From Eledone cirrhosa (lineage: Eukaryota), in the NCBI GenBank assembly GCA_964016885.1, contig OZ024741.1:197098001-197162000 (forward strand): a DNA stretch of 64,000 nucleotides. Direction: 5' to 3'. Below, piece after piece: positions 60,175 through 64,000 of the stretch. Position numbers and translations under genes: made by a program. Below the pieces are notes generated by a model. It had not been told where the DNA came from. It did no database searches and was given only the letters and a program-made list of their open reading frames with translations. The first letter of the stretch is position 1. Every line of letters begins with the position of its first letter.

Positions 60175-61849
60175 CTGGTTAATTAATGTTAGGTGGTTAG
60201 CATGTGGTGTTAGATTTAGTTTCAAGCATTTGCACCTTCATATTATCATAGTTATCAATGCAGTATATAATTCTGAAAAATCTTTCAAATAAGTTATTTA
60301 AGACAGCTTTATTCAGATATGGAAGTCTTTCATCTCTAACATTTTGATATAAGTCTTTGATCATCCCAAGGTCACAAAGTACTAGATTGCATGGACAATA
60401 GGAACACCATCTACTTTGAATAAACTCATTTCTGGAATGCATTGCTTCAAGTCAGAGGCACATGGTATTCCTCAGTCCTGAAGAAGTTAAAATAATTTTG
60501 ATACCAACCCAACCAAAACTATAAACAAAACCACTCATTTTAAATGGTTCCTACTTAAATTAAAATCTTCCAACATAATTTTGAATAAAGAGCATATGTA
60601 TAGATACTATATTAGGAATTAAATAATCACTTTAGTAAATCCATCAAAATTCTTCATTAATTAATTGGAATAGAGTGTGCTTTATTAGAAATACAGTAAT
60701 AAAAGGTTAACTAGCTGAAACGTTACCACTCAACCAAGGTTTGAGAGGAGATATCTTACCAAAGTTTAAAATTATTCTGTATTAATAAAATTAAACACAA
60801 TTTTTATCATAAAGTTAAAACAAATTCATTGGTTGAAGTTAAATCACCCTTGAGTAAAATTAATTTAACTTAAAGAGAAATACATGGATCTATGAAAAGT
60901 TAATTCAGTTTAAAGGTATATGAGAAAAATTATCTAAATCGTAATTACAAGACAAGTGTTTATGAAAAACTGTTGTTTACAGTCAAAGAACAGTTTTAAA
61001 TAACATTAGTACTTTAACACACAACCAAAATAACATTATTAGTAGCTAGAATTTCTCAATACCAACATTTTGTAGAGAAGTAGATCATGGCTTACTTATG
61101 CTTAGTTACGACGCCAACAGAAACTGTGACAATTAGAAACTCGATACTTTTTGTAGACAAACATAAATAAAATTGTATACAGAAATGCTGTTTTTCACAA
61201 ACTAAGGATCTTTTAACAATACTGGTTTTCAGCAATACAATAAAATATATACTTTGTATACTTCTGTATAAGCGTCACCTTTTTCCCATGAAAAAAAACC
61301 AGCATGTAACTTATCTATTCAACCTACAAAACTTCAATTCAAAATATGTGGTTCATTAAAAATGCCAAAAATAGATATTCAACACCGTGCATGATGTTAC
61401 CTTAAGTAGTTCTTTAAGTGGTTCTTTTTAAATAGCCAAAAATATATCTATGGATAGATAGTTATGTGATGAGTAAATGAAACATATCAAATATAACATT
61501 GAAAGAATAATATTTCTGTTAACTCTTAACATTATGTAAAGATTTAGCAGAAAATATCTACAAATGAGTTTGTTAATTCAAAAGTTTTAGTAACTTTACT
61601 AGTGGACAGACAATTGTGAAAATTTGATTTTTAATATGATGTAGTCATAGCTGTTTTATACATTTTCAAGAATGACTTTGCTAATGTGGCTTAATGCAAT
61701 ACAGGATGTTAAGGTTGATTAAAAATATAATATTACAGCATTTTATATATCATTTAGCATTTCCCCCAATAGCTAGCAACCCATAAAATATTGTTTTTGT
61801 TGTTTACATTCATATTAATCTTTCATCTGATAAACAACTGCCAAGATAC

Positions 61850-63709
61850 AAATCTCAGGATTGCCACCCCCAATGTTGGCACCCTGAAAGGTAAATCAAG
61901 TGAAATTGTGGAACTGTCAGAAAGAAGAGTAGATGTATACTGTATACAAGAAGTGAGATGGAGGAGTGCCTCTGTGAGACTAATCACAGGCAAACAACTT
62001 AGATAAACTCTACTGTATAGGAAATTACAATGGGGTAGGAGGTGTAGGCATCTTACTAGCTAAGAAATGGATAGATAAGGTGTTAGAGTTAGAGTATGTG
62101 ACAGAATCATCAAGCTTAGAATAGCTGTAGGAAATAAAATGGAAACAATTACATCTACCTATGCACCATAGGCAACACTAAATAAAGACCAAAAGGACAG
62201 GTTCTTTGAGGAAATTTTACAGACAACTTCAGGTATTGATAAAAGAGACATCATCATCCTGGCAGGCGACTTTAATGGACATGTGGGACAGTACCAGGAC
62301 AGGTTCTGTGACGTTCATGGTGCCTATGGTTATGGCTCAAGAAATGAAGAAGGATTGAGGCTCCTGGAATTCTGTGACATGAATGAACTAACCATCTGCA
62401 ACAAAATTTTAAGGAAACCAGCCAGCCACCTGATTTCATATCAATCAGGTGAACACACAAGCCAAATCAATTACTTACTCATAAGACAATTAGATAAACG
62501 GACTGTAATAAACACTAAGGCCTTTCCTGGAGAAGAATGCACTACACAACACAAGTTAGATATTAGTGACATCAAAATAAACACAAGACAAAACAAGATA
62601 CGCAAGAAAATATGGAAATGGAGGGTTTGGAAGCTAAAAGACCTTTCAGATAAATATCGGTTTAAGAAGCCCTACATGGTGCAGTAGATGAGAGGGGTAA
62701 TGAACTAGGTGCTTATAACGTAGAGCACAACTGAAAATTCCTATGTGACAATCTTTTGCAAACAATTGACAAGATTTGTGGCTGGAGTAAATCACCAACC
62801 AGACAGAGGATGACCTGGTGGTGGAACAACACAAGATAGAACCATTAAAGCCAAGAGACAGGCAAAATGGGGGTAACAGAGACCAGTACCAAGTAGCTAA
62901 GGGAGAAGGTAGCTGACAGATATATGTAGCTGACAGATATATGCAGCCCAGACAGAGGCTTAAAAGAGAAAATTTGCCAATGTCTTGAGATGTGAGGACC
63001 AGAGGCATGAAGTGTTTGACATTACAAAGCAATGTGTTAATAGAAATCGAGGTGTTGGGTAAAAATGTGTTAGAAATGATGCTGGTGCACTTAACACCAC
63101 TGATTCCCAAAAGAAAGAGGCCTGGAAATGTTACTATGATAGACAAATGAATGTAGAGAATGAATAGGAGAAAGAGAAACTGTCCCCAATTTACACAACA
63201 GAAGGACCAGCTATTTAAGTTGACAGATAGAGGGTCAAAGAAACAATTAAGGAGTTGAAGATGGTTAAAACTGGCTAAGGGTAAACTTAGCCAAAACTAA
63301 AGTGCTTGTGAGTAGAAAAGATAGGACTCTGATCCCTTCAGAGAAGTGGCCCTGCTCAATATACAGAAAAGGAGTAGACCTAAAGCTTGGATGAACTGAA
63401 AGAGAAACTGGGTTTGAGAGGAATCCGAGGTGGTGTGCAGGAGAGAAAACTGTGTTGGTATGGACATGTAATGTCCATGGATGATGACCGATGGGTGAAG
63501 AAGTGCCAGGAAATGCCAGTGAAAGGAAGCTGCAGTAGAGGTTGACCCCAAATAACCAGGGCAGAGGTGGTGAGGGCTGACCTCATATCGCCGAGTCTCA
63601 CAGAGGAGATGATAAAGAAACGCAGCGAGTGGAGAGATGCTGTGCTGAGAATGACCCGTCCAACTCGTACAAGCGTGGAAAAACAGATGTAAAAACGATG
63701 GTGATGATG
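61850..63709 (+). mobile_element. RTE-clade LINE copy D, old: endonuclease start to 3' tail, RT core deleted (~63270-63350)
   Basis: LRIATPNVGTLKGKSSEIVE...YCIQEVRW; AGDFNGHVG; HGAYGYGSRNEEG. Jumps to LGLRGIR..VQERKLCWYGHV. Many stops. Ends AAAACGATGGTGATGATG. Confidence 0.92.
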
Positions 63710-63786
63710 GGATAATTTCTGAATCCCATAATTAACTATAAGAAAACAAACTCAAATTCCTTATTGTCAAGTTGGAAACCACTAAA

Positions 63787-64000
63787 ATAATGGTTTCTAA
63801 TTTAGACACAAGGCCAACAATTTTAGAGGCGAGAAAAGTCAATTAAATCAAGCAGAGTGTGTTACTGGTACTTTATTTTATTGACCCAGTAAGGATGGAA
63901 GGCAAAGACAACTTCAGCAAGATTGAAATCAGAAAATCCGACCAAGGTTAGCTTTGCCTTTCATCAATACAGGGTCAAAAATAAAGAACCAGTTACACAC
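63787..64000. mobile_element. Two SINE family 1 fragments in opposite orientation (~63787-63935 minus, ~63936-64000 plus)
   Basis: TGGTACTTTATTTTATTGACCC...AAGGATGGAAGGCAAAG, then CTTTGCCTTTCATC...GGGTCAAAAATAAAGAACCAG. Confidence 0.7.

Overview
AT-rich eukaryotic DNA, most likely an octopus or other coleoid cephalopod, judged from repeat families I recognise from memory rather than from a search. It looks like a repeat-filled intron of a minus-strand host gene: one good exon at 12176-12280 and a weaker one at 52346-52409. Nearly all long ORFs come from retrotransposons or a tandem repeat. The window holds several RTE-clade LINEs with a PHD-like zinc finger inside ORF2, a Rex3/Expander-like RTE, a CR1-like 3' end, a CRE-like element with a 5' inversion, a decayed mariner, Helitron ends, MITEs, many tRNA-derived SINEs, a ~5.9 kb 33-bp minisatellite and a 200-N gap. 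The most notable signal is invisible in the ORF track. Several unrelated short elements at (TA)n tracts share one architecture: inverted arm, spacer, sense arm, then a ~60-85 nt unpaired tail. Several carry type I hammerhead ribozyme folds with unusual cores: a U3-A8 compensatory swap, U4A, U4C, a recurring U.U at the base of stem II, and enlarged stem II inserts. They are best read as Penelope-like pLTR remnants. All folds were worked out by eye and none is tested. Boundaries of decayed repeats are approximate.
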